From an uncultured Candidatus Rokubacteria bacterium (GTDB taxonomy: Bacteria; Methylomirabilota; Methylomirabilia; Rokubacteriales; CSP1-6), in NCBI GenBank assembly GCA_963747235.1, contig CAVVEU010000017.1, forward strand, positions 94,127-158,126: a DNA stretch of 64,000 nucleotides, read 5' to 3'. Every line of letters starts with the position of its first letter. Position 1 is the stretch's first letter. Below, piece by piece: positions 1 through 11,162 of this stretch. The translations under genes and the position numbers were made by a program. The notes under the pieces are model-generated. The model was given only the letters and a program-made list of their open reading frames with translations, had not been told where the DNA came from and ran no database searches.

Positions 1-913
1 GCGCGTCGGTGAAGGGGGGCTTCGTCTGGTTGAAGGCCATCCCGTGCTGGGCGCAGTAGCCGTCCGGCTCGCGGAGCACGACGCCGGCGGCGCCCTGGAC
101 CTGCCGGTCGATGAGCGGGTCGACGGACCAGAGGTAGTGGACGGTCCCCGCGCGCAGCGCGGCCAGGCGGGCGGCCTCGTCCGGGATGATGCGGTACTCG
201 AGGCCGTCGAGATAGGGGAGGCCCGCCTCGTAGTAGCTCGGGTTCCGCTTGAGCACGACCGTGTTGTCGGGGACGAACCGCTCGAGCACGAAGGGGCCGG
301 TGCCGGACGCGTTCTTCTGGAGGTCGCCGTGCTTCTCGACGAGATCGCGCGGGACGATGGCCGAGTAGTGAGGCGTGGCCAGGTACGAGAAGAAGGGAGC
401 GAACGGCCGCTTGATGACGAAGCGCACGGTGGACCGATCCGGCGTCTCGATGCGGTCGATGATCAGCCAGTTGGCGCGCCAGGGCGACGCCGTCTTCTCG
501 TCGAGCATCCGCTCGAACGAGTACTTCACGTCGTCGGCCACGAGGTCCCGCCCGTGGTGCCACACGACCCCCTTCCGGAGCTTGAAGACGAACGTCGTGT
601 CGTTGACCACCTGCCAGGACTCGGCGAGGTCGCCGACGATGTTCATCCGGGCGTCGCGGCGCAGCAGGGTCGAGTAGACGTGCTCCGCGATCATCCAGGT
701 GTGGGCGGCGGCGGACTTCTGCGGGTCGAGCCCGGGCGGGCTGACGTCGGCGGCGACGACCAGCGTGCCGCCCCGCTTCGGGGTCTGGGCGGCGGCGGGC
801 CGGAGGAGCGGCGGCGCGGCGAGCCCCAGCAGCGTGAGCGCTCCCGCTCCGAGCAAGGCGCGCCGGGTGGGATCGAGATGAGAATCGCCTGGATGCTCCG
901 TGCGGTCCGCCAT
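1..913 (-). CDS. ABC transporter substrate-binding protein, family 5 (DppA/OppA-like), Tat signal; runs off the left edge
   Basis: Manual translation from ATG at 913: MADRTEHPGDSHLDPTRRALLGAGALTLLGLAAPPLLRPAAAQTPKRGGTLVVAADVSPPGLDPQKS; RRALL Tat-like motif; GGAGGG RBS upstream. Missing from the ORF track because it has no stop in the window. Confidence 0.85.
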   Translation of the reverse strand, partial: MADRTEHPGDSHLDPTRRALLGAGALTLLGLAAPPLLRPAAAQTPKRGGTLVVAADVSPPGLDPQKSAAAHTWMIAEHVYSTLLRRDARMNIVGDLAESWQVVNDTTFVFKLRKGVVWHHGRDLVADDVKYSFERMLDEKTASPWRANWLIIDRIETPDRSTVRFVIKRPFAPFFSYLATPHYSAIVPRDLVEKHGDLQKNASGTGPFVLERFVPDNTVVLKRNPSYYEAGLPYLDGLEYRIIPDEAARLAALRAGTVHYLWSVDPLIDRQVQGAAGVVLREPDGYCAQHGMAFNQTKPPFTDA

Positions 914-1001
914 GCTGCCCTCCGGGTCCTCGCGTGCCGGTGCACTGCCGCGTCGAGATCCGCCGCCGGGGCGCGCATCCGCGTCCCCGCGACGTCGTGC
1001 C

Positions 1002-1068
1002 ATACTCCTCCGCGCGCGCGATGGCGTCAAGGGTCCGGTTGACTTGCTCGGCGCGGCTGGCGAATAAT
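1002..1068. promoter_or_regulatory. Divergent sigma70-type promoters
   Basis: + strand TTGACT(1039)-18 nt-AATAAT(1063); - strand TTGACG-17 nt-GAGTAT; between two divergent SBP genes. Confidence 0.45.
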
Positions 1069-1103
1069 CGCGCCACCACACGCCCCGGGAGGAGCCACCG
1101 ACC

Positions 1104-2127
1104 ATGATCCTGTCACGCATGACCCTGCTGATGTGCCTGCTCACCGCCTGGCTCGGTCCTGCCCGCCTCCGGCGAGGAGCTGATCGTGGCCACCTTCGGC
1201 GGCACCTTCGTCGACAACTCGAAGAAGTGCCACGCCACCGCCTTCGAGAAGGCCACCGGCTCCACCGTGAAGTACGTCCTCGGCAGCTCGGTCCAGACCA
1301 TGGCCAAGCTGCGGGCGGCCGGCGCCCGCGCGGAGTTCGACGTCGCGTACATGGACAGCCAGATCGTCAAGCAGGCGAAGGCGGAAGGGCTGCTGCAGCC
1401 GCTCGAGTCCGGGAAGATCGAGCACTGGAACGATCTCTACGAGGCGTCCCGGGACAAGGACGCCTACTGGGTCTCGATGATGTTCGCCGGCACCATCATC
1501 ACCTACAACACGAACCTGGTGAAGACGCCGCCGACGTCGTGGGGCGACCTCTGGAAGCCGGAATGGAAGGGCAAGCTGGCCATCCCGGACATCTCGGGCA
1601 CCTCGGGCCAGCAGTTCCTGATGGCGGCGGCGCGCCTCAACGGCGGCTCGGTGGAGAACATCGACCCGGGCTTCGAGGCGATCAAGCGGCTCAAGCCCAA
1701 TGTCCAGATGATGTACACCCAGCCGGACCAGATCATCCCGCTCTTCGAGCGCGGCGACATCGCGCTGGCGGTGTGGTACACGGACCGGACCGGCGCGGCC
1801 GCCTTGAAGGGCGTCCCGGTGGCGGCGGCCTATCCGACGGAGGGCGCGATCGGCATCGTGCCCACGGTCTCCGTGCCCAAGGCCAGCCAGAAGCGCGACC
1901 TCGCGCAGAAGTACATCGCGGTCCTCCTGTCGCCGGAGGGCCAGCTCTGCTTCGGGCAGTCGCAGTTCGCCGGCCCCACCAACAAGAAGGTCCAGCTCCC
2001 GGCCGACCTGGCGAAGCTGGTGCCCTATGGCCCGCTCGTCCAGCGCATGTTCTTCCCCGATACCGACCTCGTGGCGAGGAAGTTCCCGGAGTGGTCGGAG
2101 CGCTGGGGGCGCGAGATCGCGCGTTGA
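1104..2127 (+). CDS. Polyamine/PotD-like ABC substrate-binding protein (frameshift near 1160)
   Basis: Signal peptide from 1104 joins ORF 1186..2127 (VATFGG, PPTSWGDLWKPEWKGK, YPTEGA). Confidence 0.85.
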
Positions 2128-2158
2128 TCCCCGGGGGCCGGCGGGCGCGTCCTCTGCG

Positions 2159-3270
2159 GTGAGCGGCGCCGCGCCGGCGCTCTCGGTGCGCCGGCTCCGC
2201 AAGTCGTTCGGCGCGGTGGTCGCGGTGGACGACGTGTCGCTCGACGCCGCCCCCGGCGAGTTTCTCTCCCTCCTCGGGCCGTCGGGCTGCGGCAAGAGCA
2301 CGCTGCTCCGCGTGGTGGCCGGGCTCGTCGAGCCCGACGGCGGCGAGATCGTCCTCGCGGGCGAGGACATCACGCGGGTGGCCGTCCATCGCCGCAACCT
2401 CGGGCTGGTCTTCCAGTCCTACGCGCTCTTCCCGCACATGACCGTGTTCGAGAACGTCGCCTTCGGCCTCCGCCGGCGCGGGGTGCCGCCGGCCGAGCTG
2501 GGCCCGCGCGTCGAGCGCATCCTGGAGCTGGTGCGGCTCGGCCCGCTCGGCGCCCGGCACCCGCGCGAGCTCTCCGGCGGCCAGCAGCAGCGCGTGGCGC
2601 TCGCCCGCGCGCTCGTCACCGAGCCCCGCGTGCTGCTCCTCGACGAGCCGCTCTCGAACCTCGACGCGCTGCTGCGCGACGAGATGCGGGTGGAGCTGAA
2701 GCGGCTGCAGGAGCGGCTCGGGACGACGATGATCTTCGTCACCCACGATCAGGCGGAGGCGCTCATCCTGTCCGACCGCGTGGTGGTGATGGAGGCGGGC
2801 GCGTGGAGCAGGTCGGCCGGCCGGAGGAGGTCTATCGCCGCCCGGCCACCGCCTTCGTCGCGCGCTTCCTCGGGCGCGCGAACTTCCTCGCGGGCACCGT
2901 GGCGGAGACCGGGGCGGCCGTCGTCGTCGCGCTCGACGGCGGGCAGCTCTCGGTCGTGGCGCTGCCGCGCCCGGGCCTGGAGCGGGGCCAGCCGGTGCAC
3001 GCGGTGATCCGCCAGGAGGCCATCCGCCTCGGCGTGCCGGACGGCGAGGCCCAGCGTCCCAACCAGTTCGCGGCGACCGTCGTGTTCCACGCCTTCGCGG
3101 GGCAGGCGCACCACTACGTCGTCCAGCTCGCGGACGGGCGCGAGCTCGAGGTCGCCGCGCCCGGCGCGGCGCCGCCGCTGGCGCGGGGGACCCGGACGCG
3201 CGTCGAGTGGAGCCCGGAGGACGTGATCCTGCTCCCCGGCGGCGCCCCGGGCCCGGGAGGCGCGCGATGA
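2159..3270 (+). CDS. PotA-like ABC ATP-binding protein with TOBE domain (frameshift near 2800)
   Basis: GPSGCGKST, LSGGQQQRVALARA, LLLDEP; C-terminus in ORF 2803..3270. Confidence 0.9.
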
Positions 3271-4113
3271 GGCACGGGCACGGCTGGTGGCTCCTCGCGC
3301 CGGCGCTGCTGCTCCTCCTCGCCGCGTTCGTGCTGCCGGTCGGGATGATGGTGCCGACCAGCTGTCCGCCCCTACGTCCCGCTGGTGGGGATCACCGGCG
3401 GCTTCACGGCGCGCCACTACACCCGGCTCCTGACGGACTCCTACTACCTCGAGATCATCGGCCGGACCCTCGCGCTCGGCCTCACCGTGACGTGCTCGAC
3501 GCTGGTCGTCGGCTACCCGGTGGCCTTCTTCCTCGCGCGCACCCGCTCGCGCTGGCGGAACTGGCTGACCATCCTGGTCGTGTTCCCGCTGATGCTGAAC
3601 CTGGTGGTGCGCACCTTCGGCTGGATCGCGCTGCTCGCCCAGAACGGGCTGGTGAACCAGGCGCTCCAGGGGCTGGGGCTCGTGGATGGGCCGGTGAAGC
3701 TGCTCTTCAACTTCGCCGGTCTCCTCATCGGCCTGACCCACATCTTCCTGCCGTTCATGGTGCTGGTTCTCATCGGCGCCATCCAGAACATCCCGCGCGA
3801 CGTCGAGGACGCCGCGCGGGTGCTGGGCGCCTCCTGGGGGAGCGCGTTCCTCCGGGTCACGCTGCCCCTGTCGGCGCCCGGGATCCTGTCGGGCTCGATC
3901 CTCGTCTTCGTGCTGACCATCAGCGCGCTGGTGACCCCGCGTCTGCTCGGCGGGCCCACCTACCAGGTGATGTCCACGCTGATCTACGACGAGTTCCTCG
4001 CCCGCCTCAACTGGCCGGCGGGCTCCGCGCAATCCCTGCTGCTGACGGTCATGGTGCTGGCGCTGATCTACCTCTCGAGCCGCCTGGCCCGGCGGACGGG
4101 GGCGCGCGCGTGA
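3267..4113 (+). CDS. PotB-like ABC permease (frameshift near 3370)
   Basis: VVRTFGW and EDAARVLGA (EAA loop) motifs; ATGA overlap with the ATPase gene. Confidence 0.88.
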
Positions 4114-4902
4114 CGGCGGCCCGGCTGCGCACGTGGCTGCTGCGGGTGTGGGTCGCCCTGGTGATGGGCTTCCTGATGCTGCCGGTGGTGGTGATCGCGC
4201 TTGCCTCCGTGAGCCGCACGTCCTATCTGACCGTGCCGCCAAAGGGGCTGACCTTGCACTGGTTCACCACGGTGCTTGGCGACGCCGAGTACGTGCAGGC
4301 GATCGGATTCAGCGTGCTGCTCGCGCTGGTCGCGACGGTCGGGTCTCTCGGGGCCGGGGTGGCGGCGTCCTTCGCGCTGCTCCGGCGGCGGGTCACGGGC
4401 GGCGCCGGCGTCGCCGCGCTCCTGAACGCGCCCCTCGTGTTCCCCGGCGTGGTGGTGGGCGTGGCCCTGCTGCAGTTCTACGCGCTGGTCCACGTGAACG
4501 GCACGTTCGTCGGCCTGGCCCTCGCGCACATGGTGATCACGGTGCCCTACGTGGTCCGGGCGGTGACCGCGAGCCTCCAGGGGATCGATCCGGAGCTCGA
4601 GCACGCCGCGCGCGTCCTGGGCGCGAGCGGGCCGGTCGCGTTCTTCACGGTCACGCTGCCCGCTGATCCGTCCCGGCGTGGCGGCGGGGGCGCTCTTCTC
4701 CTTCATCGTGTCGTTCGACAATGTCCCGGTGTCGATCTTTCTCCTGGGGGCGGGCCAGATGACGCTGCCGGTGAAGATCTTCACCGCCATCGAGTACGGG
4801 GTGGACCCGTCCATCGCCGCCGTCTCCACCATGCTCATCGTGCTCACCGGCGTCGGCCTCGCGGTCGCCGAGCGCTGGATCGGGTTCCACCGCTTCGTCT
4901 GA
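4110..4902 (+). CDS. PotC-like ABC permease (frameshift near 4660)
   Basis: TLHWF, LEHAARVLGA and SFDN motifs. Confidence 0.88.
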
Positions 4903-4927
4903 TCCCGCGCCCACAGAGAGGAATGCC

Positions 4928-5698
4928 ATGGCTGCTGTCGTCGCAGGCCGATTCGCCGGCCGGATCGCCGTCGTCACCGGAGCCGCCAACGGCATCGGCC
5001 GCGCCAGCGCGCTGCGCCTCGCCCGCGAGGGCGCGGATCTCGTGGTGGTCGATCGCGAGGGCGACACGCTGCAGGGCGTGGCCCGGGAGATCGAGGCGGC
5101 CGGCCGCCAGGTCCTGCCGATCACCGCGGACTGGACCGATCCGGGCGCGGTGGAGGCGGCCTTCGCGGCCATCCGGACACGCTTCGGGCGCATCGACATC
5201 CTCTTCAACAATGTCGGCCAGAGCGCCCGCGAGCGCGCCACCGAATTCCATCTGTCCGCCGAGGAGACGTGGCGCTTCGTCATCGAGGTGTCATTGGTCG
5301 CGACCATGCGGGCCACGCGGCTGGTCGTCGAGGAGATGCGGGCCCGCCGCGGCGGCCGCATCGTCAACATGTCGACCGAGTCCGCCTTCTACGGCGACGT
5401 GGGGTTCGTGGACTACGCGGCCGCCAAGATGGGCGTGGTCGGGTTCACCCGATCCCTCGCCCGCGAGCTGGCGCCGTTTCACGTCAACGTCAACGCGGTG
5501 TGCCCCGGCGCCATCCGCACGCGCGCTCACGACCGCCTGCCGCGCGAGGTGATCGACAAGGTGCGCAACAGCGTGCCGATGGGCTACGTGGCCGAGCCGG
5601 AGGACGTGGCCGGCGTGGTGGCGTTCCTGGCCAGCGACGACGCGCGCTACATCACCGGGCAGTCGATCCTCATCGACGGCGGCCGGTGGATGATCTGA
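4928..5698 (+). CDS. SDR family oxidoreductase
   Basis: TGAANGIG, YAAAK, NAVCPG. Confidence 0.92.
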   Translation: MAAVVAGRFAGRIAVVTGAANGIGRASALRLAREGADLVVVDREGDTLQGVAREIEAAGRQVLPITADWTDPGAVEAAFAAIRTRFGRIDILFNNVGQSARERATEFHLSAEETWRFVIEVSLVATMRATRLVVEEMRARRGGRIVNMSTESAFYGDVGFVDYAAAKMGVVGFTRSLARELAPFHVNVNAVCPGAIRTRAHDRLPREVIDKVRNSVPMGYVAEPEDVAGVVAFLASDDARYITGQSILIDGGRWMI

Positions 5699-5731
5699 CC
5701 TCGACCCGGGGACCAACCCAAGGAGGCAGGG

Positions 5732-6515
5732 ATGGCGGGACGGCTTGCGGACAAGATCGCGGTGATCACCGGCGGCGGCAGCGGCATCGGACGCGCGTGC
5801 GCGCTCCGCTTCGCCGCCGAGGGGGCGAAGGTGTGCGTGGCCGATCTGGACCTGGCCGCGGCCACGGAGACGGCCCGCCTCGTCGAGACGGGCGGCGGCA
5901 AGGCGCTGGCGGTGCGGACCGACACCACCGACGAGGCGGCGAACGACGCCATGGTCTCTGCCTGCGTGAAGGCGTTCGGCGCGGTGGACGTCCTGGTGGC
6001 CGCCGCCGGCGTCGGGAGTCCGCGTCCGCAGGCGGAGTCGGCGAAGCCGTACACCATGCTCGACATGCCGACCGAGCGATTCCGGGCGGTGATCGACGTG
6101 AACCTCTACGGCGTGCTGTTCTCCAATCGCGCGGCGGCGCGCTGGATGGTGGCCAACCGACGGGGCGGCAGCCTCGTCAATCTCGGGTCGATCATGTCGA
6201 AGATGCCGTCGGCCGGCGCCGCCTACAGCGTGAGCAAGGCCGGGGTCTGGATGGCCACCAAGTGCCTGGCCCAGGAGCTGGCCCGCCACGGCATCCGGGT
6301 CAACGCCATCGGGCCCGGCTTCATCGAGACGCCGATGACGGCGCCGCTGCGCGGCGACGCCGACCGGAGCCGCTGGGCCATGAACCTCACGCCCGATGGG
6401 CCGCTACGGCACGGTGGAGGAGGTCGCGAGCACCGCGCTGTTCCTGGCCTCCGACGACGCGGCGTTCTTCACCGGCGAGATCCTCCACCCCTCCGGCGGC
6501 GTCTTCGTCGGCTAG
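5732..6515 (+). CDS. SDR family oxidoreductase (frameshift near 6395)
   Basis: TGGGSGIG, YSVSK; alternate frame finishes LFLASDDAAFFTGEILHPSGGVFVG* at 6515. Confidence 0.88.
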
Positions 6516-6602
6516 CCCCTCACCCTCTAGCCCCTCACCCTACCCTCTCCCCAGGGGGAGTCGCTCTCCCTCTCCCCTCAGGGGAGAGGGCAGGGTGAGG
6601 GG
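6516..6602. repeat. REP-like palindromic intergenic element between convergent genes
   Basis: CCCCTCACCCTACCCTCTCCCC (6531) ... GGGGAGAGGGCAGGGTGAGGGG (6602): 22-bp arms, 1 mismatch, with nested inner hairpins. Confidence 0.8.
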
Positions 6603-6615
6603 TGGTGGCCTGACT

Positions 6616-7359
6616 TCAGTGAAACGTCCGTCCCCCGTCCACCGCCAGCGCGGCCCCGGTCACGAACGACGACTCGTCGCTGGTGAGGTACAGCGCGGCC
6701 TGCGCGATCTCCTCGGGCTCGCCCGGCCGCTTGATCACGTAGCGATCGAGGATGCGCGCCAGCTCGGCCTCCGGATCGGCCGCGCCCGTCCACGAGGAGC
6801 GGAAGAGCGGCGTATCGATGATGCCGGGGCAGATCGCGTTGACGCGGATGTGGTAGGCGGCCAGATCCACCGCGAGGGTCTTGCCGAACATGACGAGGCC
6901 GGCCTTCGCGGCGCAGTAGGCGGTGCGCTGCTCGAGCGGGCGCAGCGCGGCGCCGGAGGCGATGTTCACGATGGTCCCGCGCCCGGCCTGCTTCAGCGCG
7001 GGGAGCGCGGCGTGGCAGACGAGCATGGGGCCGGTGAGGTCGATGGCCATGACCCGCGCCCACTCCTCCGCCGTCATCTGCTCGAAGGGCCGCATCAGGT
7101 CGATCCCGGCGCTGTTGACGACGCCGTCGAGCCCGCCCAGCGTGGAGATGGCCTTCGCCACGGCGGCGCGCACCTGCCGCTCGTCGGCCACGTCGCAGAC
7201 CAGGGTCGCCGCGCCGTCCACCTGCGCCTTCGCCAGGCCCGACTCGTCGCGATCGAGCATGGCCACGCCGGCGCCCTCGCGCTGGAAGAGGCGCGCGATG
7301 GCGAGCCCGATGCCCGAGGCCGCGCCGGTGACGAGCACGCGGCGGCCGGCCAGCCTCAC
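6616..7359 (-). CDS. SDR family oxidoreductase
   Basis: GTG at 7359, VRLAGRRVLVTGAASGIG, YCAAK. Confidence 0.88.
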   Translation of the reverse strand: MRLAGRRVLVTGAASGIGLAIARLFQREGAGVAMLDRDESGLAKAQVDGAATLVCDVADERQVRAAVAKAISTLGGLDGVVNSAGIDLMRPFEQMTAEEWARVMAIDLTGPMLVCHAALPALKQAGRGTIVNIASGAALRPLEQRTAYCAAKAGLVMFGKTLAVDLAAYHIRVNAICPGIIDTPLFRSSWTGAADPEAELARILDRYVIKRPGEPEEIAQAALYLTSDESSFVTGAALAVDGGRTFH

Positions 7360-8182
7360 GCCCGGGCCTCCGCGCGCAGCGCCGGGCCGCACCGCGTCGG
7401 CCACCTCGTCGCAGCGCGCGAGCCAGACCCGCGGGTGGCCGAGGATGTACTGGATCAGCTCCTCCAGCAGCGTGATGCGCGACGGGCGCCCGATGATCTG
7501 GGGATGCATGGCGAGGCAGAAGTACCGGTCCTCGCGGTAGAGCACGTCGAACTCGCGCCGCCAGGCCTCGAACACCGCCGACGGCGCCTGCATCGTCCGC
7601 CCGGGCAGGGTGATCGAGTACTGGAAGAACGGCGCGTCGTCCAGCACCCAGGCGAACGGGAACTCGACGAGATTGGTGAGCTTGCCGTCGATGCGGTGCA
7701 GATACGGCGAGTCGTCGTCGAAGTAGTTCGAGGAGTAGCCGAACCCGTACTCGGCGAGCATCCGCAGGGTGTGGGGGCTGAACTCCGCCGCCGGGGAGCG
7801 GTAGCCGACGGGGTTCCGCCCCGTCATGCGCTTGATGATCTCGATCCCCTTGTCCATCTCCTCGCGCTCCTGCTCGAGGCGTCAGGTTGACGATCCAGGC
7901 GTGGGACCAGGAGTGATGCGCGATCTCGTGGCCGCCCTTCAGGATCGCCTCGACCATGGCGGGGCGCTGCTCCATGACGAGTCCCGGCACGAAGAAGGTC
8001 ACCCGCAGGCCGTACCGGGCGAGCAGGTCGAGGATGCGCGGCATGCCGACCTTCCAGCCGTAGGCCCCCTGGCTCATCACGATGGGGCGCTCGGCGTTCT
8101 TGGGGTCGCGGCCGGTCCACATGGTCTCGGCGTCGATGTCGAAGCTGAGCAGGACCGGGAAGCCCTTGGGCGAGAGCGGCAT
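7356..8182 (-). CDS. Polysaccharide deacetylase (CE4, PuuE/PgdA-like); frameshifts near 7878 and 7385
   Basis: SFDIDAE, TFFVPG, HEIAHHSWSH, GYRSP, MHPQIIGRPSR. Confidence 0.85.
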
Positions 8183-8206
8183 GACGTGCCTCCGGAGCGA
8201 GACGAG

Positions 8207-9608
8207 TTAGAGGGGCATCGGGCGCGCACACGGACGCTCGCGCTCGAGGTGGCGGGCCAGAGCGAGCACGCGGCGGTCCCCGTACCAGGGGCCGACGATC
8301 TGCAGCCCGATGGGCAGGCCGTCCGACGACCAGCCGCACGGCAGCGAGACCGCCGGGTGGCCGGAGAGGTTGAAGGGCCAGAGATAGGGATACCAGGCGC
8401 CGCGGATCGTGCCGGCGTTCCTCGCCCGCGATCGTGATCGGCTCGAACGCGTCGTGGTCGACGGCGAGCGCGGGCCGGGAGAGCGTCGGCGAGAGCAGGA
8501 AGTCGAAGCGCTGGAGGAGCGCGTTCACGCGACGGTAGACCGCGGTCCGCTGGCCGAGCGCGTTCACCCAGTCCACCGCCGACCACTGCGCGCCCCGCTC
8601 GATGGACTCGCGCAGGCTGGGCGCCACCTGGTCGCCGAACTTCGCCATGTGCGAGCCGACGCGCGCGGCCAGCCCGGCCTGCAAGCCGATCAGGAAGGTG
8701 CGCTCGAAGGCCGAGACGTCCTCCTCCAGCGTCTCGACGTGGGCGCCCTGGCCCTCCAGGTGGCGCACCGCGGCCTCGCAGGCTGCGAGCACCTCCGGGT
8801 CCACGAGTCGATTGCCGACGCGGGGCAGCCAGCCGAGCCGCAGGCCGCGCACCGCGACATCGCGCGGGTCGTCGGGCGGCTCCGGGCGCGAATAGGGATC
8901 GCGCGCGTCGAAGCCGGCGATCGCGTCGAAGCAGGCGGCCGCCTCCGCCACGCTCCGCGCCATGGGGCCGATGTAGGACGTCGAGGAGAAGAGATCGGCC
9001 TGGTGCACGTGCGGCACGCGGCCGAGCGTGGGCTTGAGCCCGACGATGCCGCAGCAGGAGGCGGGGAGGCGGATGGACCCGCCGCCGTCGGTGCCGAGCG
9101 CGAGCGGCCCCTGGCCGGAGGCGACCGCCGCGGCGGCGCCGCCGGACGAGCCGCCCGCGGTGCGCGAGAGATCCCACGGGTTGCGCGTGACGCCGAAGAG
9201 CGGGCTGTCGGTCAGCGGCTTGTGGCCGAACTCGGGCGTGGTCGTCTTGCCGACGAGGATGGCGCCGGCCTCCCGCAGCCGCCGCACCGGGACCGCGTCC
9301 TCGCCCGGCACCTGGTCGGCGAAGATCCACGAGCCCATCGTCGTCCGGACGCCCTTCGTGAACAGGAGATCCTTGACCGAGAACGGCACGCCGTGGAGCG
9401 GGCCCAGGCGCTCGCCGGCCATCACCGCCGCCTCGGCCCGCCGCGCGGCGTCGCGGGCCTCGTCCGCGGTCACGGTGATGAACGCGTTCACGGTGGGCTG
9501 GAGGGCGTCGATCCGCTCGAGCACGGCGTCGACCACCGCGACCGGGGAGAGCTGCTTCGTGCGGATTTGCTGGGCGAGCGTCAGCGCGTCGGTCTCGGTG
9601 ATCCGCAT
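8207..9608 (-). CDS. Amidase signature family protein (frameshift near 8420)
   Basis: [23 protein letters not shown]; alternate frame [15 protein letters not shown]. Confidence 0.9.
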
Positions 9609-9664
9609 GGCGCGCGTAGGGTAGCACGGGCCCGCCGGCCCGCGCCCGCGACGGGAGCGCCGGC

Positions 9665-11023
9665 CTAGGGACTGGCGAGAACCGCGGCGAACGTCTCGAC
9701 CAGGCTCTCCAGCTCGGCGTCGCCCATCGGCGTGGACAGGCAGCCGAGGCCGGTGATCGACATCAGCACGCCGCGCTCCATCAGCCCGCGGATCAGGCGC
9801 AGCAGGCGCGCCTCCTCCTCGGGCGTGGTGCGCGTGCTGCGGTAGTCGCTCAGCTCGCGGTCGGTCGGGTGCACGCGGAAGAGCGAGCCCTGGCCGGTGA
9901 CGGCGCCGGGCACGCCCGCGCGCTTGAAGCAGGCCTCGAGGCTGCCGCGCAGCTTGGCCCCCAGCTCGTCGAGCTTCGCGAAGGCCTCGGGCGTCAGCAG
10001 GCGCATCGCGGCCAGGCCCGCGGCCATGGTGACCGGGTTGGCGTTGAACGTCCCGCCGTGCGGCGCGGCCGGCTTGCCGCCGGTGGGATCGAACACCGCC
10101 ATCACGTCGGCCCGGCCGGCCACCGCGCCCACCGGGAAGCCGCCGCCGATGATCTTGCCGAGCGTGGTGAGATCCGGCGTGACGCCGAACACGCCCTGGG
10201 CGCCCTGGTAGCCCACCCGGAACGTGATGACCTCGTCGAAGATCAGCGCGATGCCGTGGGCGGCCGTCACCTCGCGCAGCGCGCGCAGGAAGTCGCGCCG
10301 CGCCGGGATCAGCCCCACCCGGTTCGGGATCGGGTCCACCAGCACCGCCGCCAGGTGCTTGGCCTCGCGCTCGATGCGGGCCACCGCCAGCTCCGCGTGG
10401 TTGAACGGGAGCACCACCACGTCGTCGAGCACCGCCGGCGGCACGCCGCGCGAGTAGGCCGTGCTGGCCGGCGCGGCCAGCGCGCCCCAGTTCTCCGGCG
10501 TGGAGCCGAGGGACACCTCGGCGTAGTCGTAGGAGCCGTGGTAGGCGCCCTCGAACTTGGCGATCTTGGGCCGCCCCGTCCAGGCCCGCGCGCCCTTGAT
10601 CGCCATCATCACCGCCTCGCTGCCCGAGTTGGTGAAGCGCACGCGCTCGGCCGAGGGCAGGCGCTCGCAGAGGAGCGTGGCCAGCTCGACTTCTTCCGGC
10701 GTGGGCAGCGGGAAGGACGAGCCCAGCGCGAGCCGCCGCGTGGCCGCCTCGACGATCGCCGCGTGCGCGTGCCCGTGGATCAGCGCGGTGTAGTTGTTCA
10801 GGCAGTCGAGCCGGCGATCGCCCTCCACGTCCACGATCCAGCAGCCGTCGCCCGAGGCCGCGTAGGGCGGGTAGGGCGCCATGTAGACGGTGGTGCGCGT
10901 GTTGCCGCCGGGCATCACGCCCTGGGCCTGCGCGAAGAGCGCGGCCGACTTCGAGCCGGGCGCGGCCCAGCGTCGGGTCTCGGCGAGCGCCTGCGGGGAC
11001 TTCACTCCGGGGATCGTGGCCAT
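9665..11023 (-). CDS. Class III PLP aminotransferase, glutamate-1-semialdehyde aminomutase-like
   Basis: FTNSGSEA, GAYHG, LIFDEV, TLGKIIGGG, GGTFNANP; TATAAT and GGAGG upstream. Confidence 0.9.
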   Translation of the reverse strand: MATIPGVKSPQALAETRRWAAPGSKSAALFAQAQGVMPGGNTRTTVYMAPYPPYAASGDGCWIVDVEGDRRLDCLNNYTALIHGHAHAAIVEAATRRLALGSSFPLPTPEEVELATLLCERLPSAERVRFTNSGSEAVMMAIKGARAWTGRPKIAKFEGAYHGSYDYAEVSLGSTPENWGALAAPASTAYSRGVPPAVLDDVVVLPFNHAELAVARIEREAKHLAAVLVDPIPNRVGLIPARRDFLRALREVTAAHGIALIFDEVITFRVGYQGAQGVFGVTPDLTTLGKIIGGGFPVGAVAGRADVMAVFDPTGGKPAAPHGGTFNANPVTMAAGLAAMRLLTPEAFAKLDELGAKLRGSLEACFKRAGVPGAVTGQGSLFRVHPTDRELSDYRSTRTTPEEEARLLRLIRGLMERGVLMSITGLGCLSTPMGDAELESLVETFAAVLASP

Positions 11024-11057
11024 GGGGATCCTCCGGGGCGGATTATAGTCGCTCAAC

Positions 11058-11111
11058 CCTCTCCCCCGAGAGGGGGAGAGGGTAGGGTGAGGGGGGCGTA
11101 GGGTGAGGGGG
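11058..11111. repeat. Second copy of the REP-like CCCTCTCCC/GGGAGAGGG/GGGTGAGGGG element
   Basis: CCCTCTCCCCCGAGAGGGGGAGAGGGTAGGGTGAGGGG plus a tandem TAGGGTGAGGGG. Confidence 0.75.
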
Positions 11112-11162
11112 CGGCCTCATGAGCACACTTCGCCCGCGCCTTGTGGCACACTCCGCCTCACC

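Noticed and set aside
44-1042. Long antisense ORFs (also 5269..7890, 24189..26651, 44531..46777)
   Set aside because: Shadow frames of real genes in high-GC DNA, with no recognisable motifs.
6516-6602. CRISPR-like short repeats
   Set aside because: Nested palindrome without regular repeat-spacer units; no cas genes in the window.
6616-7857. Apparent polysaccharide deacetylase-SDR fusion
   Set aside because: Removing one C near 7385 ends the deacetylase as ..VRPALRAEARA* with a GTGA overlap on the SDR start; probably an indel error.
9665-11023. Calling this gene hemL
   Set aside because: It sits in a catabolic context with no hem genes; the family is clear but the substrate is not.
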